Shown: positions 62,410 to 64,000 of the stretch, piece by piece | Layout of the letters: every line of letters begins with the position of its first letter | How positions within the stretch are numbered: the first letter of the stretch is position 1 | Origin: Squalus acanthias | Taxonomy: Eukaryota | DNA: 64,000 bases | Reading direction: 5' to 3' | Assembly: GCA_030390025.1 (NCBI GenBank) | Contig: JASTWF010000033.1 | Coordinates: forward strand, 1,490,001-1,554,000 | Notes under the pieces: model-generated | Told to the model about the DNA's origin: nothing | The model's database searches: none | What the model saw: only the letters and a program-made list of their open reading frames with translations | Position numbers and translations under genes: made by a program

Positions 62410-62940
62410 GTTGAATGTGTTCAGTTCTAGTCATCACAACATAGGATTGGTTTATTAGCTTTGGAGGGCGTGCAGCCTAGATTTACCAGAATGATACATA
62501 GACTCCAAGGGTTAAATTACGAGGAGAGTTTACTCAAACTAGGGTTGTATTTCTTGGAATTTAAAAGCTTAAGCAGTGATTTGATTGAAGTGTTCAAGAT
62601 ATTAAAGCGAACTGATAGGGTAGCTAGTGAGAAATTATTTCCGATGGTTGGCGAGCCTTGTACGAGGGGGTGAGTTTAAAAAATAGAGCCAGACCTTTCA
62701 GGAGTGAAGTTAGGAAACACTCCTACATGCAATGGGTGGTAGAAATTTGTAACTCACTTCCGCAATCTGCAGTTGATGCTGAGTCAATTGTTAACTTTAA
62801 ACATGAGATTGATCGTTTTTTGTTAACCTCCGGGATACCGGGAAAAGGGATATAAACGGAGCTGGGTCACAGATCACACATGATCTCATTAAATGGCGGA
62901 ACATGCTCGAGGGGGTAAATGGCTCACTCCTGTTCCTATA
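62410..62940 (+). mobile_element. CR1 LINE 3' end
   Basis: LEGVQPRFTRMI..; CR1 tail. Confidence 0.85.
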
Positions 62941-63009
62941 ATGAGTGTGAAATGATCGTGTTTCAAGGTGCTGCACGCAAGTGAAGATGAGAATCGCGAT
63001 TAAAATGAA

Positions 63010-63082
63010 AGCCCGAACAGTGACTTGAACCCTGAACCCTCAGATTAAAAGTCTGATACACTGCGGACTGACCTATCCGGGC
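63010..63082 (-). tRNA. trnak-uuu: tRNA-Lys(TTT), D-arm degenerate, probably a pseudogene
   Basis: GCCCGGATAGGTCAGTCC..TCAGACTTTTAATCTGAGGGTTCAGGGTTCAAGTCACTGTTCGGGC. Confidence 0.8.
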
Positions 63083-63460
63083 TCTACTGTCGATGCGTCA
63101 TACAACGAATTTAACTGGCTCAGCTGCTGCATTACACACTCAACCAATTGCATTTGCTTCTCCAGTAATCCCGCCTGTACAGCGCATTTTTCTCACAAAC
63201 GCAGACTAACTGCCCCCACCGGCTTCACTTCAGGAACAGTGTCCCTCCCACAAAGGACACGCTCTTTAACAGCGGCCTCAGATGTGAAAACGGAGGTGTC
63301 AGTTTGTTACAGTAAATAAATTAGGGCATCTGACGCTTGTCCCCCTGACACTGGTGAACTAGTGAGACAGACTTTACAGCAAGGTTCTGTTTATTGTGAA
63401 AAAGCAAAGAAAATATTCTTACGGAATTATCCAGACTTCAATCAAAGCTAAAAACAGCCC

Positions 63461-63535
63461 TGACCCCGAAGTCATTTGAACACGCAGCCTTCTGATACTG
63501 AGGAGTCAGACGCGCTACCGTTGCGCCACGAGGTC
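63461..63535 (-). pseudogene. tRNA-Trp pseudogene with 3 extra nt in the anticodon loop and a broken T stem
   Basis: GACCTCGTGGCGCAACGGTAGCGCGTCTGACTCCTCAGTATCAGA..CGGGGTCA. Confidence 0.8.
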
Positions 63536-63669
63536 ATAAAAGCAGCAAACTGCTCAGAATACACAACGGGTCGAGCAGCTTCCGAAAAACAATTACACTT
63601 TCGACGTGTAGACAACAGTTAGAACTACAAACAAGGCCGTGTGAAAATATAAACCGTGGGTGTGTATAT

Positions 63670-64000
63670 AGAATCATATAAATTCACAGCACAGAAGGAG
63701 GACATTCGGCCCGTCGTGCCTGTGCTGGCTTAGAAAGAGCAGCCGTGCTGTATTTACATATTAGTCCCCCCAAAGTGCATCACTTCACACTTCCCCGCAT
63801 TGAACTCCAATTGCCATGATTCCGCCCATTTTAAGATCATAGAAACATAGAAACATAGAAGGTAGGAGCAGGAGTAGGCCATTCGGCCCCTCGTGCCTGC
63901 TCCGCCATTTAATGAGATCATATCTGATCATCCAAATTCAGTACCCTGTCCCTGCTTTCTCCCCATATCCCTTGATCCCTTTAGCCTTAAGAAATATATC
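63670..64000 (-). mobile_element. CR1 fragments; 3' end of a CR1 at 63836-64000 running off the right edge
   Basis: (CATAGAAA)n tail; same family as 26611-26912 and 17975-18472. Confidence 0.85.

Noticed and set aside
63461..63535. Opal or frameshift suppressor tRNA (expanded loop containing TCA)
   Set aside because: The T stem is broken and the loop is 10 nt; pseudogene decay is the simpler explanation.

Overview
Eukaryotic, repeat-dense vertebrate DNA, very probably from a cartilaginous fish (shark/ray type). The basis is the HE1/V-SINE-like SINEs, the many CR1 LINEs, Penelope elements and a GPR139/142-like two-exon receptor; the species cannot be told from the sequence. Layout: a ~4.5 kb 19-bp GC-rich satellite (source of all the long ORFs at 1-4.5 kb); four copies of a ~760-bp GGCCC-ended DNA-transposon MITE, one nested inside another; several multi-level nests of CR1 LINEs, including one full-length decayed element; a C2H2 zinc-finger remnant; and one apparently intact class A GPCR gene on the minus strand (exons ~25661-25385 and 21099-20198), whose ancestral splice donor is mutated and seems to be replaced by an in-frame tandem duplicate. 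Further right are many minisatellites, a cluster of 11 tRNA-derived loci (48-63.5 kb, mostly decayed), a ~1.9-kb tandem segmental repeat, and a Penelope-like element (RT + GIY-YIG) with a hammerhead-ribozyme-like remnant. I see no CRISPR array, rRNA or prokaryote-type system. Repeat boundaries were read by eye and are approximate unless a junction is quoted.
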